Source: Mobula hypostoma (taxonomy: Eukaryota). Taken from it: a DNA stretch of 64,000 nt. The notes under the pieces were generated by a model. That model was given only the letters and a program-made list of their open reading frames with translations, was not told where the DNA came from and made no database searches. Position 1 is the first letter of the stretch. Each line of letters starts with the position of its first letter. The DNA is taken from NCBI RefSeq assembly GCF_963921235.1, contig NC_086109.1:8682001-8746000 (forward strand), written 5' to 3'. The translations under genes and the position numbers were made by a program. Below are positions 1 through 10,094 of the stretch, piece by piece.

Positions 1-236
1 AGCGGCAGATCTGTGGGCGAAAATGCCTTGTTAATGAGAGAGGTCAGAGGTGAATGGCCAGACTGGTTCAAGTAGGCAGGAAGTCGACAGTAACTCAAAT
101 CACCACGTATGACAACAGTGGTGTACAGAAGAGCATCTCTGAATGCACAACACGTTGAACCTTGAAGTGGATGGACCACAGTAGCAGATGACCACACCGG
201 GTTCCACTCCTATAGTGGAAGTGGCCACTGAGTGTA
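1..236 (+). mobile_element. Right part of a Tc1-like non-autonomous element (CACTCAGTGGCCACTTTATTAGG TIR family), cut by the window start
   Basis: Collinear with copies at 3739-4292 and 40707-42805; ends in GTGGCCACTGAGTG followed by TA. Confidence 0.75.
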
Positions 237-311
237 TCTCTATATAATTAAAACCCAAACAATTGAATACATTTAAATTAAGTTAAGAGTAGTGAATTAT
301 CTCATACTTAC

Positions 312-440
312 CCTGCTCCATCACAGCCATTCTTCTCCATTCAAGATGAAGGTCTTTAACCAGATCCAAAGTGGATAGCTTTACTAGTATAGCTGATGAT
401 CCCTCCCTGTTGATCATTAGTTTGTGGAAAAAATACTTTT
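312..440 (-). CDS. Candidate internal or start-codon exon of an unidentified host gene (129 nt)
   Basis: Minus strand reads ...cttaacaaacattttctag|AAAAG ... GAGCAGG|gtaagt. One open frame (xKYFFHKLMINREGSSAILVKLSTLDLVKDLHLEWRRMAVMEQ), phase 1-1, with a good Kozak ATG (AGAATGG). Non-repetitive sequence; protein not recognised. Confidence 0.5.
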
Positions 441-1167
441 CTAGAAAATGTTTGTTAAGTTAAATTTGAATGCAGAATACAGCACCCCAGTCACATAGAA
501 CGTGTGGTGTAGGCAGACAAATGATGTGCAACGGCCAGGCCGGGGTAAGCCGCTGAACGGCCTAAATCTGCTCCTACGTCTTATGACCTTATGGAGATAT
601 TGGGAATGGAACTGCAATTGGTTCATTCTTGTCACATGGACCGACGTACAGTGAAAAGCTTGTCTTGCATACTATTCATACAGATCAAATCATGACACAG
701 TGCAGTGAGCTAGAATAATGTAAGCAATAACCATTCAGAATAAAGTGTAAAAGTTACAGAGAGGGTGCATAGCGGTAAACAATAAGGCGTGAGATCTGAA
801 CCAGCTTCTAGCTGAGTTCGTAGTTTGAGACCAGTTTGATGCTGAGGAGTTCAAATTAGGAGATGGCTGTTGAAATTCACATTTGCAGCTACAGATTGCA
901 AAACCACCTGTAATCGACGTGAGAAGGAAGTAATCTGGAGATTACCGTGGGAGTGCACTGCAAATGTTGCTGAGTTTCTTATGTACTGTTACAGCTCTAC
1001 AAGAGGGATGGGCAGCTGGTTGGTAGCGTTTAGAACGTAGGACATTACAGCACTGTACAGGCCCTTCGGCCCTCAGTGTTGTGCCTAACTTTTAACCTAT
1101 TCTAAGATCAATCCAATACCTCCCTCCCACAGAGCCCTCCATTTTTATAACACTCATATGCCTATCT

Positions 1168-1419
1168 GTCTAAACTCCAAGAGGACCTAACCCTTGTCGC
1201 TGGGTTTGTAGGCTTGCGTGCCTCAGTAACCCAGAGAGCTATGTTGCCTGGAGTCAAGGCCTTCTGCTTTGATTCCTGGTAGGGCCACCCTTGCCAAACA
1301 GGTCAAGGGGTAGAGGCCAGACTAAAGAGTGGTCCACCAGTTCTCCGGGTTTGGAAACAGCAATGAAATGTCATTGCTGCCCTAAATACCAGCAGCATAA
1401 CAGATAAGTAAGTAAGATC
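1168..1419 (+). mobile_element. Short non-autonomous RTE (BovB/Expander-like 5' UTR) element with (TAAG)n tail
   Basis: Motifs CCTTGTCGC, TCCTGGTAGGGCCACCC and AGGTCAAGGGG are shared with the 41898-42303 copy; imperfect TSD tgcctatct/tgcctatgt. Confidence 0.6.
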
Positions 1420-1784
1420 TGCCTATGTAAGAATCTCTTTAATGTCCCTAATATATCCGGTTCTACCACCACCCTGACAGCGCTTTCCAAGCAACCATCA
1501 TTCTCTGTGTGAAAGAACTTGCATCTGAATTCCCCCATACTTTCCTCCAAGCACTTTAAATTTCTCCCTCTCCTGTCCGCTCTGGAAAACCGTCACTGGC
1601 TGTCCATTCTGTGGCTCTTACCATCTTATCTCTGTCTCTTATCATCCTGTACACCTCTATCAAGTCACCTCTCAAACTTCTTCTCTCCAAAGAGAAAAGC
1701 ACTATCTTTATCAGCCTGTTCTCATAAGACATGTTTTCTAATCCAGGCAGCATCCCGGTAAATCTCCCCTGCACCCTCTCTAAA

Positions 1785-3240
1785 TGTAACCCCACTTTTT
1801 AAAAAAGGAGGGAGAGAGAAACCGGGGAATTATAGACCGGTTAGCCTAACGTCGGTGGTGGGGAAACTGCTGGAGTCAGTTATCAAAGATGTGATAACAG
1901 CACATTTGGAAAGCGGTGAAATCATCGGACAAAGTCAGCATGGATTTGTGAAAGGAAAATCATGTCTGACGAATCTCATAGAATTTTTTGAGGATGTAAC
2001 TAGTAGAGTGGATAGGGGAGAACCAGTGGATGTGGTATATTTGGATTTTCAAAAGGCTTTTGATAAGGTCCCACACAGGAGATTAGTGTGCAACCTTAAA
2101 GCACACGGTATTGGGGGTAAGGTATTGATGTGGATAGAGAATTGGTTAGCAGACAGGAAGCAAAGAGTGGGAATAAACGGGACCTTTTCAGAATGGCAGG
2201 CAGTGACTAGTGGGGTACCACAAGGCTCAATGCTGGGACCTCAGTTGTTTACAATATATATTAATGACTTGGATGAGGGAATTAAATGCAGCATCTCCAA
2301 GTTTGCGGATGACACGAAGCTGGGCGGCAGTGTTAGCTGTGAGGGGGATGCTAAGAGGATGCAGGGTGACTTGGATAGGTTGGGTGAGTGGGCAAATTCA
2401 TGGCAGATGCAATTTAATGTGGATAAATGTGAAGTTATCCACTTTGGTGGCAAAAATAGGAAAACAGATTATTATCTGAATGGTGGCCGATTAGGAAAAG
2501 GGGAGGTGCAACGAGACCTGGGTGTCATTATACACCAGTCATTGAAAGTGGGCATGCAGGTACAGCAGGCGGTGAAAAAGGCGAATGGTATGCTGGCATT
2601 TATAGCGAGAGGATTCGAGTACAGGAGCAGGGAGGTACTACTGCAGTTGTACAAGGCCTTGGTGAGACTACACCTGGAGTATTGTGTGCAGTTTTGGTCC
2701 CCTAATCTGAGGAAAGACATCCTTGCCATAGAGGGAGTACAAAGAAGGTTCACCAGATTGATTCCTGGGATGGCAGGACTTTCATATGAAGAAAGACCGG
2801 ATGAACTGGGCTTGTACTCGTTGGAATTCAGAAGATTGAGGGGGGATCTGATTGAAACGTATAAAATCCTAAAGGGATTGGACAGGCTAGATGCAGGAAG
2901 ATTGTTCCCGATGTTGGGGAAGTCCAGAATGAGGGGTCACAGTTTGAAGATAAAGGGGAAGCCTCTTAGGACCGAGACTAGGAAAAACTTCTTCACACAG
3001 AGAGTGGTGAATCTGTGGAATTCTCTGCCACAGGAAACAGTTGAGGCCAGTTCATTGGCTATATTTAAGAGGGAGTTAGATATGGCCCTTGTGGCTACGG
3101 GGATCAGGGGGTATGGAGGGAAGGCTGGTGCAGGGTTCTGAGTTGGATGATCAGCCATGCTCATAATAAATGGCAGTGCAGGCTCGAAGGGCCGAATGGC
3201 CTACTCCTGCACCTATTTTCTATTTTTCTATGTTTCTATG
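1785..3240 (+). mobile_element. Young 5'-truncated CR1-clade LINE (HER1-like)
   Basis: Uninterrupted RT ORF, 3' UTR with GAAGGGCCGAATGGCCT, (TTTCTATG)n tail, TAAA duplication at 1781-1784 and 3241-3244. Confidence 0.95.
1855..3141 (+). CDS. CR1 ORF2 reverse transcriptase domain and C-terminus (5'-truncated, no endonuclease)
   Basis: QHGFVKGKSCLTNL, VYLDFQKAFDKVPH, SGVPQGSMLGP and FADD motifs; frame open upstream (NYRPVSLTS). Confidence 0.92.
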   Translation: MVGKLLESVIKDVITAHLESGEIIGQSQHGFVKGKSCLTNLIEFFEDVTSRVDRGEPVDVVYLDFQKAFDKVPHRRLVCNLKAHGIGGKVLMWIENWLADRKQRVGINGTFSEWQAVTSGVPQGSMLGPQLFTIYINDLDEGIKCSISKFADDTKLGGSVSCEGDAKRMQGDLDRLGEWANSWQMQFNVDKCEVIHFGGKNRKTDYYLNGGRLGKGEVQRDLGVIIHQSLKVGMQVQQAVKKANGMLAFIARGFEYRSREVLLQLYKALVRLHLEYCVQFWSPNLRKDILAIEGVQRRFTRLIPGMAGLSYEERPDELGLYSLEFRRLRGDLIETYKILKGLDRLDAGRLFPMLGKSRMRGHSLKIKGKPLRTETRKNFFTQRVVNLWNSLPQETVEASSLAIFKRELDMALVATGIRGYGGKAGAGF

Positions 3241-3738
3241 TAAAGCTTCCACATCCTTCCTACACTGAGGCAACCAGACCTGAACACAATATTCCAAGTG
3301 TGGTCTAACCAGGGTTTTATAGAGTTGCAAAATTACTTTGCAGTTCTTGACTCAAACACCCGACTAATGAAGACCAGCACACCATACACCTTCTTAGCAA
3401 CCCTATCGACTTGTGTCACACATGTCAGAGAGATGTATGGATTTGGGAAGACTTCATCATTACTAGATCGAACTCCTGCAAAGCCCCCCCTCCCCAAACC
3501 AATATGAGAGCATCTCTACCAAAACTGCAGAGGCAAGTATGGTGGACAATCCCTACGTGACGCACAGACCCCAACATTGAATAACCCTGTTATGCGTCAA
3601 CTGATGGTCTTAGACCACTGATAGGTATTGGCAGCTGTCCAGGGAATGATGCTAGATGTTCTTCATACTGGTAACCAAGAGTGCATCTGGATAACCAAGA
3701 TGGACTGAGTCCGTTTTTAAAACAACTAAAATAAAAGA

Positions 3739-4292
3739 ATAGTGGCCACTTTATTAGGTTACACCTGTACACCTGTTTGTTAATGCAACTATCTAATCAG
3801 CCAATCATGTGGCAGCATATCAATCCATAAAAGCATGCTGGCATGGTCAAGAGGTTCAGTTGCTGTTCAGACCAAACATCAGAATGGGGAAGAAATGTGT
3901 TGCAAGTGACTTTGACCATGGAATGATTGTTGGTGCCAGACAGGGTGATTTGAGTATCTCAGAAACTGCCAATCTCCTGAGATTTTCTTGCACAACAGTC
4001 CCTAGAGTTTACAGAGAATGGTGCGATAAACAAAAAACATCCCGTGTGTGGCAGCTCTGTGGGCTTAAGTGCCTTGTTAGTGACAGATCAGAGGAGAATG
4101 GCCAGACCGGTTCAAGCTGACAGGAAGGCAACAATAACTCAAATAACCACACGTTACAACAGTGGTGTGCAGAAGAGTATCCTTGAACGCACAACATGTC
4201 AACCTTGAAGTGGATGGGCTACAGCAGCAGATGACCATGAACATGGCCGCTTTATTAGGTACAGAAAGTATCTAATCAAGTGGCCACTGAGA
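3739..4292 (+). mobile_element. Tc1-like non-autonomous element with remnant N-terminal transposase HTH
   Basis: Ends AGTGGCCACTTTATTAGG / TCAAGTGGCCACTGAG; ORF 3809-4120 contains MGKKCVASDFDHGMIVGARQGDLSISETANLL (Tc1 paired-like N-terminus). Confidence 0.8.
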
Positions 4293-5052
4293 GTTAATTC
4301 AGCTGTTGTACTGTAACCTTTATACAACAAATTATTGATTTTTTCTCTCTTAACTAAACCAGGGACACAATCATATCAACCATGTTATGTGTGTTTCTGT
4401 CTGTCTGTGATTTTTGTTTCTCTGGGTGTGGTATATGCAATGGAAATTAACAGAATGAATTTATTGAAGTTATTTTAAGGAAAATTATTTAAGGGGACAG
4501 GAAGTATTTTTCCTTTAAAAATAGTAATCTACAAATGAAATGAATTGCTTGACGCTTGCTGTGATAATCTTAATCCACTTTCCCATGGACATAAACTAAC
4601 AATAAAAAATCCAAAATTTGGCACAGTTTGCCATGAGTTCTCCTTTGGAAATCGTTCACGGGTTGGCTGCATTGATCAAAACTGTGGTAAATGGGAATGT
4701 CACACTGTCACGATGTGGGGTATTTTCTTCTTGAGACTGCAGACAGGCAAGTTGCCGGAGCAGCGGGGAGCCTGAAGCCACTCTGCCCTTTATTCACAGA
4801 CGCTACCTGTGAATGTGCATGGCAGTCAGCCGGTGAAACACTCGGGCAGTGTCCGTTCCTCGTCACTGTCACCCTCACCTTGATGAACGCCAGCACTGGT
4901 TGTTCTCTGGCCTGGCTCCAGCGAGTTGGTTTACTCATGTCTGCGAAATCAACTTCAATTTTAATACTCTAGAGTGATTACAAAAGGACTTAAACATTTC
5001 CAGCCACACCCTAAAACTGCATCAAAATGAGGAAGGAACTGGAGTGAAAGTT

Positions 5053-5056
<4 letters not shown>

Positions 5057-5087
<31 letters not shown>

Positions 5088-5525
5088 CCGTGTGATGTGT
5101 TTGTATGTGTCTGCCTTTTTGATGTGCGTGGGATGTGTGTGTATGTATCTACCTTTGTGTATTTACGTGTGCGTTGTGCTTTGTATGTGTATGCAAATTT
5201 ATGTGCGATGTTTGTGTCTTTGTAATATGATGAGTGTGTGTTTGTGTGTGTGTGCGCGCCCATGCGTGCATTTGGGTGGTATATGTGTCTGTTATCTGTG
5301 GGTGGTATGTGATGTGTGTGTATGATGTGTGCAATTCTCTGTCTATGTATGGTGTGTGTGTGTGTTTTTGTCCGTATACAGTACGTGTGTTTCTGAGTGT
5401 GTGTGTGTTTCTGTCTGTGTGTGATTTGTGTTTCTCTGTGTGTGGTATATGTGTCTGTGTGATGTGTGTGTGGTGTGTGTGTGTGTTTCTGTGTCGGTGT
5501 GATTGGTGTGAATCTGTGAGTGTAA
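5057..5525. repeat. Degenerate (TG)n microsatellite field
   Basis: Direct inspection. Confidence 0.95.
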
Positions 5526-6254
5526 ATAAAGACAACCGGAGGAATTAAAAGGCAAAGTGAGACAAAGAAAGAAAATTATCATGAAGCCCCACATCAAGTC
5601 TGACAGACAGGGCTGAAAATCTTCAAATGGCTCCCATCCACATTTGCCGGTCTGATGTGATGCCAACACTACTCAGTAACACAAACTCATGGCAGGCTCC
5701 TACTGCAAATCTGTCGGAATGTAAAATGGGAGGGTAACTTCTAAATCCACTTGTCCGCGTTACGTTTAGTTCTGCTTCTGACAGGGTAGAAAATCCATCC
5801 AGGCTGTGTCTCAGCACATCTCCTCATTAAGGCCGGGCCAAATCCCACTTATCTCCAGCTGGTAGATGTGTGGAGGGCCACTGGCCAGACACTACGTGTG
5901 GTGTCAGCGCATCCTCGACTCCTTAGAAAAGGAAGTTCTTCGGCTGGAGGGTGCAGAATCTGTGAAATTTATTGCCACAGCCAGCTGTGGAGGCTAAGTT
6001 ATTGGGTGTATTTAAAGCAGTGGTTGATAGGGGAGAAAAGGTTACAGGGAGAGGGCAGAACAGGGTAGAAAGGGAAAATAAATCAGCCATGATGGAATGG
6101 TGGATCAGACTCAATGGGCCGACTAGCCTCATCTGCTGCTATGTCTGATAAAATTATGGTTCTGTGCCTGTGCTTTCCTGGCACAGAAGTCAGCAACGAG
6201 CTGGACTTCAAATTCTGTGTGGGACCTCTTGCCCCATCAATCGCCTCAGCACCA

Positions 6255-6442
6255 ATTCGATGCTTTGGGCTGCGACCCTTCGTCAGCAAGAGCTTCTCAG
6301 CTTTTTTTCAGTCCCGATGAGGAGTCCCAGCCCAAAACGTCAACTGTTTACTCGTTTCCATAGATGCTGCCTGGCCTGTTGAGTTCCTCCAGCATTTTGT
6401 GTGTGTGTTGCTCTGGATTTCCAGCATCTGCAAATCTTCTCA
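6255..6442. mobile_element. Penelope-derived short unit with two oppositely oriented degenerate hammerhead arms
   Basis: gacccttcgtcag on one arm; cccgatgaggagtcccagcccaaaacgtcaactg...gatgctgcctggcctgttgagttcctccagc on the other. Confidence 0.65.
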
Positions 6443-6919
6443 TCTAGGTGTACAGATAAACCTAGTAAAGTGGCCACTGAGCGTAACTTAAAAGCAAGTG
6501 GACATATGGAGCAAATCAGTCGATCAGTTCACCTTAATTGTTTGCGGGATTGAGATCAATTGCAACATTTAAGAGAAGTTTGGTAAAGTACAAAGATTGG
6601 ATTGGTGTGGAGGGCTACGGTCCAGATACAAGTTGATGGGACTAGACAGAATAATAGTTCAGCACGGACTAGATGAGTTGAAGATTCTCTTTCTGTGCTG
6701 TAGTCCTCTCTGATTCTATGACTCTAAGACTTCAGTGTGCTTTTATCTGGGCATTGCCACATTGTTGTTTATGGGAACTTGCTGTGCACAGATTAACTGC
6801 ACTGGCTGCTTTACAGAACATCTTCACTGCCTGTAAAGCACGCCGAGATCTCCTAAAAGTGACGCCAAAGGCACTACACAAATGCAACTCTTCCTTGTTC
6901 CTAATCATGTGGTATTAAC

Positions 6920-7160
6920 TGACGGCACGGCTGACACATTGCTTTGCAGTGCCTGCTCTTGAGGTTTAATTCCCTCTGCTGTCTGTAAGGAGTTTGTGTG
7001 GTCCTGGGTGCTTCCTCTGGGTGCTCCGGTGTCCTCCCACATTCCAAAGGTGGACTGGTTAGGGTTAGTAAGTTACGGGCATGCTGTGTTGGTGCTGGAA
7101 GTGTGGTGACACTGGCACACCCTTGGACTATGTTGGTCATGAATGCAAACGATGCAGTTC
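6920..7160 (+). mobile_element. tRNA-derived V-SINE (HE1-like). Further copies at about 25700-25940, 30960-31225, 45190-45420, 50610-50850, 53225-53510, 55100-55380, 60035-60300, 60495-60880, 61300-61700, 62350-62670
   Basis: Recurrent V-domain-type core CTCCGG(T/TG)TCCTCCCACA(T/G)TCCAAAG on either strand. Confidence 0.7.
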
Positions 7161-7253
7161 AGAATCAGATTCGGGTTTAATATCGCCATGAAATTCGTTG
7201 TTTTGCGGCAGCAGTGCAACACACAATAACAAACCTGTGAATTACAGTAAATA

Positions 7254-8846
7254 CAGTGCCTATATAAGTATTCCCCCCCCCCCACCGGAAGCTTTCATGT
7301 TCTGTTGTTTTACAACACTGAATCACAGTGGATTTAATTTGGCTTTTTTTACACTGATCAACAGAAAAAGACTCTTTTGTGCCAAAGTGGAAACAGATCT
7401 CTTCAAAGTGATCTAAATTAATTACAAATATAAAATACAAAATAGTTGATTGCATAAGTATTCATCCTGTTCAAGTCAGTATGTAGTCGATGCACCTTTG
7501 GCAGCAGTTACACCTTGAGTCTGTGTGGATAGGTCTCTCTCAGCTTTGCACATCTGGACACTACAACCTTTCCATATTCTCCTTTACAAAACTGCTCAAG
7601 CTCTGTTAGATTGCATGGGGATTGTGAGTGAACAGCCCTTTTCAAGTCCAGCCACAAATTCTCAATTGGATTGAGGTCGGGACTCTGACTTGGCCACTCC
7701 AGGACATTAACTTTGTTGCTTTTAAGCCATTCCTGTGTAGCTTTGGCTTTATGCCTGGGGTCATTGTCTTGCTGGAAAACAAATCTTCTCCCAAGTCACA
7801 GTTCTCTTGCAGACTGCATCAGGTTTTCCTCCAGGATTTCCCTGTATTTTGCTGCATTCATTTTACCCTCTACCTTCACAAGCCTGCTGCAGTGAAGCAT
7901 CCCCACAGCATGATGCAGCCACCACCACGCTTCATGGCAGAGAAGGTGTGTTTTTGATGATGTGCAGTGTTTGGTCTGATGGCCAAAAAACTCAGTTTTG
8001 GTTTCATCAGACCATAGAACCTTTTCCCAGCTGAATTCAGAGTCTCCCACGTGTCTTCTGGTAAACTCTAGCTGAGATTTCATGTTGAGTTTTTTTTAAT
8101 AGTGGTTTTCTCTCTGCCACCCTCCCATAAAGCTGCGACTAGTGAAACACCTGGGCAACAGTTGTACGCGCAGTCTCTCCTATCCCAGCACTGAAGTTTG
8201 TAACTCCCCCAGAGTTATCATACATCTCTTGGTGGCCTCCCTCACTCATCCCCTTCTTGCATGGTCACTCAATTTTTGAGAAGGGCCTGTTCTAGCCAGA
8301 TTTACAGCTGTGCCATATTCTTTCCATTTTTTGATGATTGACTTAACAGTGCACCAAGGGATATTCAGTGACTTGAAAATTTTCTTGTATCCAATTCCGT
8401 ACTTGTGCTTTTCAATAACCTTTTCGTTGGGTTGCTTGGAGTGTTCTTTTGTCTCCATGGTGTAGTTTTTGCCAGGATACTGACTCACCAGCAGTTGGAC
8501 CTTCCAGATACTGGTGTATTTTTACTACAATCAATTGAAACACATTGACTGCACACAGGTGATCTCCACTTAAAATTATGTGACTTCTAAAACCAATTGG
8601 CTGCACCAGTGATGATTTAGTGTGTCATGTTAAAGGGGGTGAATACTTATGCAATCAATTATTTTGTGTTTTATATTAGTAATTGATTTAGATCATTTTG
8701 TAGAGATCTGTTTTTTTTATTTTGACACTAAAGTCTTTTTCTGTTGATCAGTTTCAAAAAAGGCAAATTAAATCCACTGTGATTCAATGTTGTAAAACAG
8801 AAAAAAAAACTTCCAAGGGGGGAGTGAATACTTTTTATAGGCACTT
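7254..8846 (-). mobile_element. Near full-length decayed Tc1 DNA transposon (IR/DR type, Passport-like transposase)
   Basis: TA-flanked ends CAGTGCCTATATAAGTATTC / GAATACTTTTTATAGGCACT, ~200-bp inverted repeats. Broken transposase: METKEHSKQPNEKVIEKHK...IIKKWKEYGTAVNL, KVLWSDETK, GKMNAAKYREILEENL. Confidence 0.92.
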
Positions 8847-8889
8847 TATATAATAGTTTAATTTAATAAGTAGTGCAAAAAATGTAGTG

Positions 8890-9275
8890 GGTTCAATGTC
8901 CATTCAGAAACCAGTTGGCAGAGGGGAAGAAGCTATTCTTAAATCGTTGAGTGTGCGCCTTCAAGCTCCTGTACCTCCTCCCTGATGGTAGCAATGAGAA
9001 GAGGGCATGTCCTGGGGATGGGTGTCCTTAAAAATGGATGCCGCCTTTCTGAGGCATCGCTCCTTGAAGATGTCCTGGATGCTACAGAGACTTGTGCCCA
9101 TGACAGAGCTGAATGAGTTTACAACTTTCTGCAGCTTCTTTTGATCCTGTGCATTAGCCACCCCGCACCCTCCCCCCATACCAGATGATGATGCAGCCAG
9201 TCAGAATACTCTCCATGGTATATCTGTAGAAATCTATGAGTGCCTTTGGTGACATGCCAAATCTCCTCAAACTAC
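8890..9275 (-). mobile_element. Rex1/Babar-type LINE 3' fragment. Related fragments at about 43500-43650, 45900-46925, 47330-47520, 54050-54330
   Basis: Minus translation ...ESILTGCIIIWYG...QDQKKLQKVVN...ERCLRKAASIFKD.., then LPSGRRYRSLKAHTQRFKNSFFP. Confidence 0.75.
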
Positions 9276-9525
9276 CAATCAAATATAGTTGTATATTTCA
9301 AGGTTTCGATGTACACGTAACAAGTAAAGCTAATCTTTAGAGGCCATGAAATATTAGATTGGAAATGGTTGACGCTGAACATGAGAATGCAAATACCATG
9401 CTCTGATTCTTTCTAATCAAGAGAGGTGACCTCTGCCAGTTTCTGGTAAGACTTGTCTTTACGAGGATCTCCCTCTCTCACATCAGCAGGATTTGACCAA
9501 GTTGAGAGATGGGAGAGAGACTCAC

Positions 9526-10094
9526 CTTTCCACTCTGGCTTCATGTCATTCTGATAAGGGGTTATCACAACCAGGGGTTGTTTACATAGAAAAAAACCCC
9601 TGGGTATGAGGTGTTCCTTGGACTGTTTACCGTTTATGTCTAATCGTTTGTTTTCAGGCTTAGCTCTGGGTTTTCACTTTGTGCTGCAGGTGTCTCATTT
9701 GTGATCATGGAGATTGTTAAGCTCTCTTTGTATTTATCGCTTTTATTCAATTTGGGATACTTTACAGGATTTTCAATATCTTGCAGTGTAGTTGTTGTCT
9801 TTGGGGATTGTTGCTTTGTCTCGACACTAGGGATGTCTGATTGGTCCTGAATTCCAACGTGCTCCAGGGTGTATTTCGGGGTCAGAGGCTGCTTGCCAAC
9901 CTCTCTCTGCTCGGTCATTGTGAATCCTTGTCTGGGGAAACTGAGCAAATTCTTCTGTGTGTCATGAGTGATTTCAGTCCTTCAAGATTCTGTATAGTTT
10001 TGTCTGAGTTCTGGTTAATTTCTGGAATAAATCTCTTGTTTTGTTTGGATTGCCAGAGTCTCTGGGACTCCTGCACTTGAGCTCACTAGTGACC
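9526..10094 (-). other. Candidate large spliced exon (569 nt), coding status unclear
   Basis: Long polypyrimidine tract ending cccctgtcag|GG and consensus donor GAAAG|gtgagt; unique sequence; no single frame is open across it. Confidence 0.45.

Larger units (their letters stand above)
1035..3420 (-). mobile_element. Old CR1-type LINE 3' fragment, split by an RTE-type short element (1168-1419) and a young CR1 (1785-3240)
   Basis: ORF 1556-1795 (LERVQGRFTGMLPGLENMSYENRL...RRSLRGDLIEVY) is CR1 ORF2 C-terminus; sequence resumes at 3241 (taaagcttccacatcc). Confidence 0.8.

Noticed and set aside
4961..5669. CV- and HT-rich ORFs (also 14962-15542, 44044-44385)
   Set aside because: Microsatellite translations.
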